Below are positions 1-10,900 of a stretch of DNA of 64,000 nucleotides, piece after piece. Made by a program: the position numbers and the translations under genes. Numbering within the stretch: the first letter of the stretch is position 1; every line of letters starts with the position of its first letter. This DNA is from Candidatus Bathyarchaeota archaeon (GTDB taxonomy: Archaea > Thermoproteota > Bathyarchaeia > Bathyarchaeales > Bathycorpusculaceae), in assembly GCA_963780185.1 (NCBI GenBank), contig CAWABA010000011.1:192001-256000 (forward strand), in the 5' to 3' direction. The notes under the pieces were generated by a model that saw only the letters and a program-made list of their open reading frames with translations, was not told the origin of the DNA and did not search any database.

Positions 1-1
1 A

Positions 2-442
2 AATGAACCTCGGACGGACGGTGTGAAAAAACCCGTTGTCTTCGTTTCTTACAGTAGATCGAAGATAGTTGACCAAGTGAAGCAACTGTTAGAATATCTC
101 CATTATGAGTATCTTATGGGAGACCACGAAGAGACCCCTGTTCCAATTCCCGAAAACAAGTTTGGGCTAATGAAAGATTGTGACTGTGCCATAATCATCA
201 TTTGTGCCGTCGAACAAGAGAGGAGATACAGCGGACTTTACGTCATTAATTCAAGCATTCTTTCGGAAATCAGCGCAGCCTTCCTAAAATATAACATGCA
301 GGTTGTCTTGTTGGTTGAAAGAAAAGTGGATTTGCCTTCAAATCTTAAGGGCCTAAGAAGAATTGAATTTGACTCTGAAGACCTGTCTTTCGATGCAGCC
401 ATGGAACTGGAGAAAACGCTGGCAACCTTTGGAAAAACGTAG
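2..442 (+). CDS. TIR-like domain protein (predicted nucleotide-binding TIR family), probably 5'-truncated by the window edge
   Basis: Motifs VFVSYS, DCDCAIII, ILSEISAA (Glu at the TIR catalytic position) and LPSNLKG; the frame is open to the window start. Confidence 0.7.
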   Translation, partial: NEPRTDGVKKPVVFVSYSRSKIVDQVKQLLEYLHYEYLMGDHEETPVPIPENKFGLMKDCDCAIIIICAVEQERRYSGLYVINSSILSEISAAFLKYNMQVVLLVERKVDLPSNLKGLRRIEFDSEDLSFDAAMELEKTLATFGKT

Positions 443-515
443 GCTATGGATTGCCTCCTGGAAAATTCCGCTTTTCTCAGGTTCTCGAGAGCAAGCGGCT
501 CTTTTGGGCGCCAGA

Positions 516-989
516 TCAGTTTTTCTTTTTCGCTTGCCGCTTTGCCTCTTTGTACGATGCGGCGCAGTGTACGCAGCAGAATGCTGTTTCTTTGCCGCCT
601 ATGACTTCTCGGTAGCCGCCTTCGTAGACTTTGCATCCGCAGTGGGCGCAGACGTAGAGGCTTTGTTCAATGGCGATTGATACCAGGTCGGCGAAGCGTT
701 TGAAAAGCTCTGTGCATAGATCTCTTCCCGCGTCGGTTAACTCGAAAATCTTTCTTTCCTTCTCCCCAACGGGCTTTACTGCGTGTGTAACTAAGCCTTT
801 CTCCTCCAACTGCTGAAGGAACGGGTAAACCAAGCTTGGGCTAACATCTTTTTTGACTCTTTTCTTGAATCGGCTGATGATGCTGTATCCATGCGCAGGT
901 CCCTCGAACAGTATGGTGAGTATGTAGAAGCGGGAGAAGTCGCTGATTAACGCGTTCATGTTGTTTTCGGATTGTTCGTCGTTGGGCAT
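516..989 (-). CDS. PadR-family transcriptional regulator with C-terminal TRASH-like metal-binding domain
   Basis: PadR wHTH (GPAHGYSII, LVYPFLQQLEEKGLV, RKIFELTDAGR) plus CAHC...FCCVHC; start could be upstream at 1022. Confidence 0.85.
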   Translation of the reverse strand: MPNDEQSENNMNALISDFSRFYILTILFEGPAHGYSIISRFKKRVKKDVSPSLVYPFLQQLEEKGLVTHAVKPVGEKERKIFELTDAGRDLCTELFKRFADLVSIAIEQSLYVCAHCGCKVYEGGYREVIGGKETAFCCVHCAASYKEAKRQAKKKN

Positions 990-1161
990 TTTTTTCGCTA
1001 AGTCATAAGCGATGTTCTGCAATAATAAATGTTTTTTAGATATATCCCTAAAAGAGCCTATTTTCCGAGCAAAACCGCTATTTCCTGCTTCCTGAAAGTT
1101 TGCGCCAACAGATATATCTTACTTGTTACATTTCAATTTGGGTTCAGGGAGGATTGCGCCA

Positions 1162-2565
1162 ATGAAATATGACGTAATAATTGTGGGAGCGGGGCCAGCA
1201 GGCATCTTTTCAGCGTTGGAACTAACCGAGAAAACAAACTTAAACGTCCTCATAATTGACAGGGGACCAGACATTGACAAACGCAAGTGCCCGTCCAGCC
1301 GCGGATTCGAATGTGTGCATTGTGAACCTTGTTCGGTTCTTTCAGGCTGGGGCGGAGCAGGGGCTTTTAGTGACGGAAAACTCACCCTGTCCACTGAAGT
1401 TGGCGGTTGGCTAAACCAGTACGTCTCAACCAAGGAGCTTCAGTCGCTGGTGAAGCACGTTGACAGCGTTTACCTGAAGTTTGGGGCAAGCGACAAAGTT
1501 TACGGCGGCGACAACGAAAAAGTCGACGAAATCGAACGTTCAGCCTCCCTAGCAGGATTAAAACTAATCAAGCAAGAGGTCCGTCACATGGGCACGGACA
1601 AATGCAGCGAAACCTTGCATCGAATGCGCAAAGAACTCAACAGCAAAATCACTTTCCACCCCAAAACAGACGTCAAAGCACTCATCACCGAAAACCACCT
1701 CATCCAAGGCGTGGAAACGGTCGGCGGCGAAAAAATCTACGGCAAATACGTGATAATTGCCCCCGGCAGAAGCGGCGCAGAATGGCTTCAAACTGAAGCT
1801 CAGGTACGCGGACTAAAAACCGTGAACAACCCAGTTGACATTGGTGTGCGCGTTGAAGTTTTGGCTTCGGTTATGGAGAACCTCACCAAGACGCTTTATG
1901 AGCCGAAGCTCGTATACTATTCTCGACAGTTTGACGACCAAGTTCGCACTTTCTGTGTTTCACCCTACGGTGAAGTCACCACGGAATCCTACGACGGCGT
2001 GTTGACGGTTAACGGCGGAAGCTACGCTGAAAGAAAAACCGACAACACCAACTTCGCCATCCTCGTCAGCACCCAGTTCACGGAGCCCTTCAAAGAGCCT
2101 ATCGCTTACGGCAAATACGTTGCCAGACTTTCAAACCTTCTAAGCGGAGGCGTGATGGTTCAGCGGCTGGGCGATTTAGCTGTTGGGCGACGTTCGACAC
2201 CTGAACGGTTTGCGCGTAGTGTGGTTACGCCAACGCTGAAAAACGCTACTCCAGGCGACTTAAGCTTCGTTCTGCCGTACCGTTACCTGGTTGACATCCG
2301 CGAGATGCTTCAAGCCTTAGACGTCATCGCGCCTGGAATCCACTCACGCGACACCCTGCTTTACGGTATAGAAGTCAAGTTTTACTCTTCCCATCTGCAA
2401 CTCAGCAACTCTTTGGAGAGCAAAATCCAAAACATGTTCACTATCGGCGATGGCGCAGGCGTTACACGCGGGCTAATTCAGGCTTCAGCTTCAGGCGTAA
2501 TCGTTGCGAGGGAAATCTTGAAACGGGAACATTTAAATGAACACTTAAAGGCACAAACGACCTAA
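1162..2565 (+). CDS. FAD-dependent oxidoreductase (COG2509-like)
   Basis: YDVIIVGAGPAG Rossmann motif, GWGGAGAFSDGKL, IGDGAGVTRGL; GGAGG upstream of the ATG. Confidence 0.85.
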   Translation: MKYDVIIVGAGPAGIFSALELTEKTNLNVLIIDRGPDIDKRKCPSSRGFECVHCEPCSVLSGWGGAGAFSDGKLTLSTEVGGWLNQYVSTKELQSLVKHVDSVYLKFGASDKVYGGDNEKVDEIERSASLAGLKLIKQEVRHMGTDKCSETLHRMRKELNSKITFHPKTDVKALITENHLIQGVETVGGEKIYGKYVIIAPGRSGAEWLQTEAQVRGLKTVNNPVDIGVRVEVLASVMENLTKTLYEPKLVYYSRQFDDQVRTFCVSPYGEVTTESYDGVLTVNGGSYAERKTDNTNFAILVSTQFTEPFKEPIAYGKYVARLSNLLSGGVMVQRLGDLAVGRRSTPERFARSVVTPTLKNATPGDLSFVLPYRYLVDIREMLQALDVIAPGIHSRDTLLYGIEVKFYSSHLQLSNSLESKIQNMFTIGDGAGVTRGLIQASASGVIVAREILKREHLNEHLKAQTT

Positions 2566-2668
2566 AACTTCACTTTCCCCATATCAATTTTTAAATCTTT
2601 ACGTTCTAACAAACTTTAAAAGAGACTCCTTATTATCAACCAATACTAAAAAAGGCGGAGATTTGTAA

Positions 2669-3205
2669 ATGAGCGATAATAACGATACTTTATCTAAAGT
2701 TAAAGGTCAAATGAACCTCCCCGAGCGGATAGCCGCTTTTGTTCCAGGTTTCCGCGGGTACAAAGAGAAAGAGATACGTCGAGAAAGCGACAGGCTAATC
2801 AGGAATCATCTTTACATGAAGCTTCAGATTGAAAGATCAGACATCAAAGACGTTGAGCAGAAGCTGGCTGACCGCCGCTACTTCGATGTCCTAACAGACA
2901 TAGATCGGCTGGTAGCCAAGATGGACCGTGTTGTCGAAAAAGTCAACCATGCCTCTTACGGGTACAGCGGGTTTTTTGACGCTGTAAAAGTGCGGGAAGA
3001 CAACCTTGACAACATGATAGCCTTCGACAACAAACTTCTAGACGGCGTAACCGCATTAACAGCGGAAGTTGACGCACTCAAAGCCGACTTAGCCAGCGGC
3101 GCAACCGCGAACCTGAAAACCCGTGTTCAAAACGTAACTGACAAGGTTGATAGTTTCGAGAACACGTTTGATCAACGTAACGAAGTAATTATGGGAGTGA
3201 GCTAA
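2669..3205 (+). CDS. Conserved all-helical hypothetical protein
   Basis: 178-aa ORF with GGAG upstream; motifs VPGFRGYKEKEIRRESD and YGYSGFFD; stop lies 1 nt before the next gene. Confidence 0.75.
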   Translation: MSDNNDTLSKVKGQMNLPERIAAFVPGFRGYKEKEIRRESDRLIRNHLYMKLQIERSDIKDVEQKLADRRYFDVLTDIDRLVAKMDRVVEKVNHASYGYSGFFDAVKVREDNLDNMIAFDNKLLDGVTALTAEVDALKADLASGATANLKTRVQNVTDKVDSFENTFDQRNEVIMGVS

Positions 3206-3206
3206 A

Positions 3207-4230
3207 ATGCCGCAAGTAATAGAGTGGACAAGTTCGCAGGCAAACGCGGACGAAATAGTTTACAGATGGGGACAAGCAGGACAACAAGCAGGAACAAACG
3301 CCTCAGAAGCTATTACATGGGGAGCGCAGCTCATCGTTCATGAATACGAGATAGCTGTATTCTTCAGAGACGGCAAGGTCTACGATGTTTTCGGCCCTGG
3401 AAGACATACTTTAACTACGCTGAATTTGCCTTTGCTCACGGGTGCATTAACGCGGCTCGCCGGCTACGGCAATAGACAAACCTTTCACGTCGATGGTCAT
3501 CTACGTCAGCACCAAAGTTTTCAACGGCAAATGGGGTACAAGCGCGCAGACAACAGAGTTAGCCCCGCTGAAAGTCTTCGGACAGTTCCTGTTCAAAATT
3601 GACGATGCCACGTTGTTCGTCACCGAAGTTGTGGGTGGACAAAGTCTCTTCGACACAAACGGCGTCAACGACTTCCTACGAGGATTCCTGAATGAAAAGA
3701 TAATCGCGGAACTATCGCACTACGACTTAATCACTGTCTTCACACGGCTGCAGGAAACGTCGGTGATTGTTAAGACGTCAGTTGCAGACTACTTCAAACG
3801 CTTAGGCATCGAACTAACAGACCTGCGATTCGAAGGCATCGACACAACCCCAGAGTACCGTGAACGACTCTTCTGGCTAAAAACCGGCAGCACCCCAGCC
3901 GACACTGTCCTACGTATGGAAACCGTGAAGAGCGCAGCAGCGTCTCTGGGTCAAGGCGGCGGTGGAGGCGGCGCAGGCTTAGGCACAGGCATGGTGCTTA
4001 TACCGCAAATCATGAATTCCGCAGGACAAGTTCAAGCTCAAGCACCCACAGCAGCCCTCGTGATATGCCCCAAATGCGGCGCCCACGTCCCAGCGACATC
4101 AAAGTTCTGTCCCGAATGCGGAACCTCACTTACACCTCCTTCGCAAGCAACAATCACCTGCCCCAAATGCGGACACTCGATTCCAGCAGGATCCAAATTC
4201 TGCCCTGAATGCGGCGCAACAATTTCGTAG
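3207..4230 (+). CDS. SPFH/Band-7 (YdjI/COG4260-like) protein with two C-terminal double zinc ribbons; frameshift near 3478
   Basis: QLIVHEYEIAVFFRDGK..FGPGRHTL and KWGT motifs, 2x CPKCG..KFCPECG; removing one A from caaacct joins ORFs 3207 and 3493. Confidence 0.85.
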
Positions 4231-4242
4231 GATGGCAACGAA

Positions 4243-4590
4243 ATGTCTGAAAGTAGACGGCAACTGCTAACCATCGGCGTTTTCTTTATAATAGTAGTTG
4301 TTGCCATACTGCTCTATCCGACAAACGTAACTCATGACTGGGGACACATTTTCCAGCTAATCCTCGTTTTGTTCGGAGTTTGGATTCTGGTTCTCGCTGG
4401 CATGAGAGCCATGAGCCCGCAGAAATATGAGCGTTCGCCGTACAGTACGGTTCAGATGGGTGTGCTTCTAATGGCGTTAGGCGGCGCTTGGTTCCTTTGG
4501 AGTTACAGCTGGATCTACACTGTAGCTCTGTTGCTGCTTGCGTTGGGTGCTATAGCTATCGCGTCAGCCATGCGGCGAAAGGCTTCTTGA
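4243..4590 (+). CDS. Small membrane protein, about 4 TM
   Basis: Four hydrophobic segments; operonic spacing after the SPFH gene. Confidence 0.75.
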   Translation: MSESRRQLLTIGVFFIIVVVAILLYPTNVTHDWGHIFQLILVLFGVWILVLAGMRAMSPQKYERSPYSTVQMGVLLMALGGAWFLWSYSWIYTVALLLLALGAIAIASAMRRKAS

Positions 4591-4657
4591 GCCCCTTTTC
4601 GGCTCTAAACATTTTTCTATCTCTCTGCACAGTCACATTGGCAGAAGGCTCAAAGTT

Positions 4658-6259
4658 ATGACTGAACAACTTGTTGGACGCGGCACATGGTACGACATGA
4701 TGGCTAAGAAAGTCATCGACCGCGAACGTGAACTCGGCAGAGACATGAGTAAACTTCGCACAGAGATGGGTCTTGGAGCCTCAGGGTTCCCGCACATCGG
4801 CAGCTTAGGCGACGCCGCACGCTCCTACACTGTTACGCTTGCCCTGCAGAATTTAGGCTTCAACTCCGAGTTGATTGCTTACTGCGACGACAAAGACGGC
4901 TTGCGCAAAGTTCCAGTCGGGTTATCAAAGGATCTGGAAAAGTACCTTGGTTACCCAGTGTCAAGCATTCCTGATCCGTTCGGTTGCCATGAAAGCTACG
5001 GCAAACACATGAGCTCACTTCTTCTGGAATCCTTAGACAAGTGCGGAATGGACTACCGCTATTACTCAGCTAAAGAAGTCTACGATAAAGGTTTGCTTCT
5101 AAACGAAATCAGAACCATTCTCACTAACGCCAAACAGGTTGGACAAATAGTAAAAGAAGAAGTTGGACAAGACACCTACACCGAAGTTTTGCCCTTCTTC
5201 GCAGTTTGCGAAAAATGCGGACGTATCTACACAACACGCGCCCACTCGTTTGACCCTAAAACCGATAAAGTCCACTACAAATGCGAAGGCTTAGAAATCC
5301 GCGGCAGGCTCATCCAAGGATGCGGGCACGAAGGCGAAGCAGACATAGCTAAGGGCGAAGGAAAACTAACTTGGAAAGGCGAATTCGCAGCCCGATGGAA
5401 AGCGCTGGATATACGGTTTGAAGCCTTCGGGAAAGACATCGCTGACTCAGTGAAAATCAACGATAGAATATGCCGTGAAGTCCTCCGCTTTGAACCCCCT
5501 TCCCACGCAAGGTACGAGATGTTTCTTGATAAAGGCGGAAAGAAAATCTCCAAATCAGCAGGCAACGTTTTCACCCCTCAAGTTTGGTTCCGCTACGGCT
5601 CCTCGCAGTCGCTGCTTCTGCTTATGCTGAAAAGGTTTGTCGGCACACGGACCTTGGATGTGTCGGATATTCCAGCGTACATGAATGAGCTTGACTATCT
5701 TGAAGAGGTTTACTTTGGCAAGAAGCAGGCGGGCGAAAAAGAAGCGGTGCGGCTCAGAGGGTTGTTTGAGTACTGCTACGTGGCGAAGCCACCGTCAAAG
5801 CCGAGTGTTCATGTACCCTACAATTTGATGGCGTTTCTCGTTAAAATGGCGCCTAAAGATTGTATAGAAGATTATGTGGCTGAGAAACTTCAAAGCTACG
5901 GTTACCTTCCGAAGGGTCAAGCATTAGACGCGAACTTGAAGAAACGAGTAGAATACGCTTTAAACTGGATCGCTGACTTTGAGGAAATCAAAGAAACCGA
6001 TGTAGCCCTTAAGGCTGAAGAGAAGGCCGCGGTCGCTGAATTAATTGCCAAACTTGAAACTGAAGATGAACCAGACAAAATCCAAAACGCCATCTTTAAT
6101 GCTGCAAAAAACAGCGGTGTCCAACCTGGCAGTTTCTTCAAGACGCTGTATCAGATTTTGATGGGCGCACCGCAGGGTCCCCGTTTAGGTCCGTACGTGC
6201 TTGCCATGGGGAAACAGAACGTTATTGCGGCTCTAAAGAGGGCGGTTAGCAAAAACTGA
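4658..6259 (+). CDS. lysS: Lysyl-tRNA synthetase, class I
   Basis: GASGFPHIGS (HIGH-like), KISKSAGN (KMSKS-like), GPRLG C-terminus. Confidence 0.96.
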   Translation: MTEQLVGRGTWYDMMAKKVIDRERELGRDMSKLRTEMGLGASGFPHIGSLGDAARSYTVTLALQNLGFNSELIAYCDDKDGLRKVPVGLSKDLEKYLGYPVSSIPDPFGCHESYGKHMSSLLLESLDKCGMDYRYYSAKEVYDKGLLLNEIRTILTNAKQVGQIVKEEVGQDTYTEVLPFFAVCEKCGRIYTTRAHSFDPKTDKVHYKCEGLEIRGRLIQGCGHEGEADIAKGEGKLTWKGEFAARWKALDIRFEAFGKDIADSVKINDRICREVLRFEPPSHARYEMFLDKGGKKISKSAGNVFTPQVWFRYGSSQSLLLLMLKRFVGTRTLDVSDIPAYMNELDYLEEVYFGKKQAGEKEAVRLRGLFEYCYVAKPPSKPSVHVPYNLMAFLVKMAPKDCIEDYVAEKLQSYGYLPKGQALDANLKKRVEYALNWIADFEEIKETDVALKAEEKAAVAELIAKLETEDEPDKIQNAIFNAAKNSGVQPGSFFKTLYQILMGAPQGPRLGPYVLAMGKQNVIAALKRAVSKN

Positions 6260-6521
6260 CAACGAAACTCGCCTTCTCCCATGCATTTTTTTCTGTCAAA
6301 TTCCGATGTAAAAATCTGTATGTTTTAACATTGCTAAAAGAACGAATGCCCTCTTTTGCTTGTTTCGTGAGCGCTGATGTTTTTAGGTGACTTTTTATGC
6401 ACCGTTTTGCGTAACCATTAGTCAGCCAGAGTAGAAACCCAAAAGACTTAACTGTTGAGTAGCCATAATACTACTTAGCCGTTGTCTAGGTTTCCTGTAA
6501 GATTAACAGGACCTACGAATT

Positions 6522-8129
6522 ATGAAACCAAAACAAAATAGTAAGCAAGAACCTCTTGAGGAAGACGAAATTTTAAGCACTATCTCTGCCTCCTGCGCTT
6601 TACCTCTGGAAGCAAAGAGGCTGCGCGACATTTTAGATAATATTCCGTCGGCTGTAATGGTCTTGGAAAAACCTGATGGAATGGTAACTTTTGCGAATAA
6701 AAGGGCTATTGAATTGTTCGGTGTTAACCCTTGCGGTTTGAAACTAAGTGAGCATGCCGCGGCTTTGAAAATTTACCTGTTAGACGGTAAACTTTGCCCG
6801 ACTGATGAACTTTACACTTACAGGGCACTTTTTAATGAAGAGACAATTCTTAATGCGCCTGAAATTATCGAGAGCCGCACCGGGAAACGCTATGTTCTTG
6901 ACGTAAGTACGAAACCGCTTTACGATGATGAAGGCAACCCTAAGGCTGCAGTTACCATTTTCGAAGATGTAACTGAACGCGTCAAGACGCAAGAGGCGCT
7001 TCAGGAAAGCGAAGACAGACTAAAAATGGCGCAGAAAATCGCTCACGTGGGCAGCTGGGAGTACTACGTAGGAACTGACAGGGCGATCTGGTCCGACGAG
7101 CTATTTCGAATTTTCGGCATGAAACCGCAAAAGTACGGTCCCACCACAACCGAATATGTCAATCATATATATTCTGAAGATCGAGAAAAAATAAACCAGA
7201 AAATGGAGCAACTTCTGTTTAACGCCAAGTTACTTTCCAAATCAAGTTTTGATTACCGCGTTGTTAGACACGACGGCTCAGTCAGAACCATCCATTCCCA
7301 GCGTATGGTCAGGGAAATAAGCGAAGACGGCAAACCCGCAAGGATAGTCGGCATCGAACAGGATATAACTGAACGCAAGCAAATCGAACAAAAGCTTGAA
7401 GACTACGCGAAAAATCTTGAGCTGATCGTTGCCGAGCGAACAAAGCAGCTTCAGGACGTTGAACGTTTAGCAGCGATTGGGCAAACCGCAGGTATGATTG
7501 GCCATGACATTCGCAACCCGTTGCAGTCGATTACTGGGGAACTGTTTTTGCTGAAGGAGGAAATGGATACTTTTCCTGAAAGCCCACACAAAACGAATGT
7601 TCAAGAAAGTCTGCAAACCATACAGGAACAGGTAGACTACATCGGCAAGATTATTTCTGATTTGCAAGATTTCGCCAGACCCCTCAAACCCGAAATAACC
7701 GACGTTGACCTGCAAGTTGCCATACCACAACTACTCTCAACAATCCCAATGCCAAACAACATAACAGTAATCCAACAATGCGAAAAGAAACTGCGGGTAA
7801 ACGCTGACTGCACATTCCTAAAACGCATCCTCGTAAACCTCGTTACAAACGCCATCCAAGCAATGCCGGACGGCGGCAACCTAACAATCAAAGCCTTCCA
7901 CAACCACAACAGCGTAAACGTAACCATTTCAGACACGGGCGTGGGCATCCCAGACGAGATAAAACCGAAACTTTTCCAGCCGCTGATGACAACCAAATCC
8001 AAAGGTCAGGGCTTCGGGTTAGCAGTTGTAAAACGACTGATGGAGGCGCAGGGTGGAACAGTAGGTTTTGAAAGCAAACTTGGCGAAGGAACCCAGTTCA
8101 AGATAGTTTTCCCGAAAAAAACCAAATAA
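6522..8129 (+). CDS. PAS-PAS sensor histidine kinase
   Basis: Two PAS/PAC domains, H-box IGHDIRNPL, N-box NLVTNAIQAM, DTGVGI, GQGFGL. Confidence 0.93.
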   Translation: MKPKQNSKQEPLEEDEILSTISASCALPLEAKRLRDILDNIPSAVMVLEKPDGMVTFANKRAIELFGVNPCGLKLSEHAAALKIYLLDGKLCPTDELYTYRALFNEETILNAPEIIESRTGKRYVLDVSTKPLYDDEGNPKAAVTIFEDVTERVKTQEALQESEDRLKMAQKIAHVGSWEYYVGTDRAIWSDELFRIFGMKPQKYGPTTTEYVNHIYSEDREKINQKMEQLLFNAKLLSKSSFDYRVVRHDGSVRTIHSQRMVREISEDGKPARIVGIEQDITERKQIEQKLEDYAKNLELIVAERTKQLQDVERLAAIGQTAGMIGHDIRNPLQSITGELFLLKEEMDTFPESPHKTNVQESLQTIQEQVDYIGKIISDLQDFARPLKPEITDVDLQVAIPQLLSTIPMPNNITVIQQCEKKLRVNADCTFLKRILVNLVTNAIQAMPDGGNLTIKAFHNHNSVNVTISDTGVGIPDEIKPKLFQPLMTTKSKGQGFGLAVVKRLMEAQGGTVGFESKLGEGTQFKIVFPKKTK

Positions 8130-8209
8130 CCCGCTCTCCCATAACCACTATTTTTAAGTTTAAGCAAAGTATTTACTATTCTGCCCCTTATTTTCTGGGC
8201 ACAAATTGT

Positions 8210-8287
8210 GGGCTCGTAGTCTAGTACGGACAAGGCATCGGCCTGCGGAGCCGGGAATCCTGGGTTCAAATCCCAGCGGGCCCGCCA
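8210..8287 (+). tRNA. tRNA-Arg(GCG), intronless, CCA encoded
   Basis: Acceptor GGGCTCG/CGGGCCC, anticodon arm TCGGC-CTGCGGA-GCCGG, T arm CTGGG-TTCAAAT-CCCAG, 3' GCCA. Confidence 0.96.
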
Positions 8288-8444
8288 AACTTTTTCCCTT
8301 AGGCTGAAAATTCTGGGTTGAACGTCGCGCTCTCCTTTGGTGCTTTTGGAAAAAGCCGATATGAACATGTGCTTTGTGTCTCCCAAACTGATAAGTTGCG
8401 CGCTTGTACTTGTTGAGAGCTAAAAATGGCTTTGGGGCTGACTA

Positions 8445-10065
8445 ATGAGTAAAGCGGCGGACATGGGCAAAGTCTCGGTGAAAGGTAGTTTCCATGTTAT
8501 GTGGGGGCTGCTTGCTTCAACAGTCATTTCTGCAGTCGGCGCAGTGATTTTAGCGGGGGTTCTGGGAGCAAGCAACTATGGCTTATACGCCATCACGTTG
8601 TCTGCGCCATCTTTAATCAGCTTATTTCATGATTTAGGAATAAACTACGCGGTTACCCGCTACTCCGCTCAGCTTAAAGCAGATGACAAGGCGGAGCAAA
8701 TAAGAGGAATCATACTTTCAGGGTTCATCTTCAAGATTCTTTTCGGGCTGGCGCTTTCAGTGATTTGCCTGCTGCTTGCGCCCTTCTTGGCCACAACACT
8801 TTTCCATCGCCCCTACCTCACAGCGCTAATTCGAGACGTCTCGTTTATCATCTTGGCTCAGTCTTTAGTCGCTACTGCAACCGCCGCTTTCACAGGCGTC
8901 GAGCAAATGCATGTTAACAGCCTTATGATTGTGTCCCAAGCCATCGTCAAGACTGTTCTTGCGCCGGCGTTGGTGCTGATTGGATTAGGGTTATATGGCG
9001 CAATCGTAGGCTACTCTGTTTCCTACTTTGCTACGGTGTTAATTGGGTTACTGCTGGTTTGGACAATATACAAAAGCCTGCCCAGTTTGCCCTCAAACAA
9101 ACTGGACTTCACCCGCAACATCAAACTGATGCTTCGCTTCGGGTTGCCGCTGGGCCTTAGCGACATTTTGGGGGGTTTCTTAATGCAGTTTTACTCGTTT
9201 ATCCTCGCCATTTACGTGGCAAACAACGCGCTCATCGGAAACTTTAGCTTAGCCTCAAACTTCGTGATTATAGTAACCTTTGTTGCTACACCCATAAACA
9301 CGATGCTTTTCCCAGCCTTCTCCAAAATTGACTGCAAAAACGACAATGCAACGTTGAAAAAAGTTTTTCAATCATCCGTCAAATATACGACGTTGCTGAC
9401 CATACCTATTGTAGGGATGCTGATAGCGCTTAGCAAACCCGGCGTCTCAACACTTTTCGCTAACCACTACGCACAAGCCCCCTTTTATTCTAGGTTTGCT
9501 TGCCCTCAACTACGTGTTCTTAGCGTTTGGAATGTACAGCACAACCAACCTGATTAACACCCAAGACCGCGCATCCATCAAAATCTTGCTTGCCGTGATG
9601 ACGTTGGCTGTCGGTTTGCCGTTAGGTTTCGTTTTGATTTCGCATTATGGTGTAGTGGGTATGTTGGTTACGTTGATTTTTGATGGGACGCCAAGTGTTG
9701 TTATTGGATTGGTTTTTGTTAAGAAACAATATAACCTGACCATCGATTGGTTAGCTTCAGGAAAAATACTTTTTTCGTCGTCGGCGGCTGGTTTGTTTTC
9801 ATATTTAGTTGTTAAATTGCCCGTTGCCAGCGTCATCCAACTGGTAATCGGCATTCCTCTTTTCTTGTTAACCTTTGTAGCGATGATAATTTTAACCCGA
9901 ACGTTGAGCCCAATGGACATGTCAAACTTTCATATGATAACTAGCGATTTGGCACCGCTTGCTAAAATTGTGAACCCCCTTTTGGATCTCCTGGAAAAAA
10001 TTGATAACGCAGTTAACCACCGGGAAAATAAGGTCGTCGTACTGGACGCTAAACTGCGTTCTTAA
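8445..10065 (+). CDS. Oligosaccharide flippase (Wzx/MOP family); frameshift near 9485
   Basis: Multi-TM; LGASNYGLY, DLGINYAVTRY, MLFPAFSK; two overlapping ORFs joined by removing one base. Confidence 0.85.
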
Positions 10066-10112
10066 TTGTAACCTGCAGGGCAGGTTGAAAACTAAGGGAA
10101 AAATTTTTGGTT

Positions 10113-10790
10113 TTATTCTCTGCTTGAGAGTACCAGGATGTAGTCTGCGGTGTCTGCGCACATGTCTGCGGCTTGCTCGATGAATTCTATGAGGTCATCG
10201 AATATCACCATGGCTCCGACGTTTATGTTGACGCCGTACTTCACGAACAGGCTTTTGCATTTAAGGTATTCAACGTCGATGGCGTGCTCGATTTCGCCGA
10301 CTTTTTTCGCCTCGTTAATGGCTTCAGTTGGGTTAGACGAAATTTTCTCGATGCTGCTTCTCAAAGTTTGAGCCGTGTCCACAAGCTTTCCCGTCATGAC
10401 AACTGTTTTGTCGCTTAGCTCCTGAGGAATGTCCGCGCCTGAAAGCATCTCAAGACAACGGGCGGCATCTTTAGTGTGGTCAGCCAACGTATCCAGCCGC
10501 TTAACCAAATGCAGCAAGTCTTCACGGTAATCTGCGACGAGGGCGGCTCCTTTGGATAACTCCATGAAAACGTCTGTTCGAAGCGAATCTACGCCTTCTT
10601 CGGTCTTGTAGAGGTTGTCAATGTATTTTTGTGCTTCCTTAAAATTTTTCTCTGAAAAGCTCTTGGTTGCCTTATGCAGCCACGTTACCGTATCGAAAGC
10701 TTTTGTTATCTGGTCATGGGCAAGCTCTAACCCTCTGGTTTTGCGACGCTGTTCAAACCAATCGTAGCTTTTTCTTTCCACGCTCAACAC
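10113..10790 (-). CDS. DUF47 / PhoU-like phosphate transport regulator
   Basis: Twice-repeated E..D motifs (EEGVDSLR, IEHAID; LDTLAD, IEQAADMCAD). Confidence 0.85.
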   Translation of the reverse strand: MLSVERKSYDWFEQRRKTRGLELAHDQITKAFDTVTWLHKATKSFSEKNFKEAQKYIDNLYKTEEGVDSLRTDVFMELSKGAALVADYREDLLHLVKRLDTLADHTKDAARCLEMLSGADIPQELSDKTVVMTGKLVDTAQTLRSSIEKISSNPTEAINEAKKVGEIEHAIDVEYLKCKSLFVKYGVNINVGAMVIFDDLIEFIEQAADMCADTADYILVLSSRE

Positions 10791-10900
10791 CGCTTAACTA
10801 TTGAAGCGGATGCAGATATAACCCTTATCATATATCTCGCCTACTCGTAAGGTTAACGTTTTAAGATGCATGTTTTTGTTTCCTTCAATTTCTGGTTCTT

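Noticed and set aside
3470-3500. Programmed ribosomal frameshifting in the split genes
   Set aside because: No consistent slippery heptamer or stimulatory structure; sequencing error is more parsimonious
8210-8445. tRNA-Arg as an integration site
   Set aside because: No integrase, and I saw no duplicated tRNA 3' end in the window
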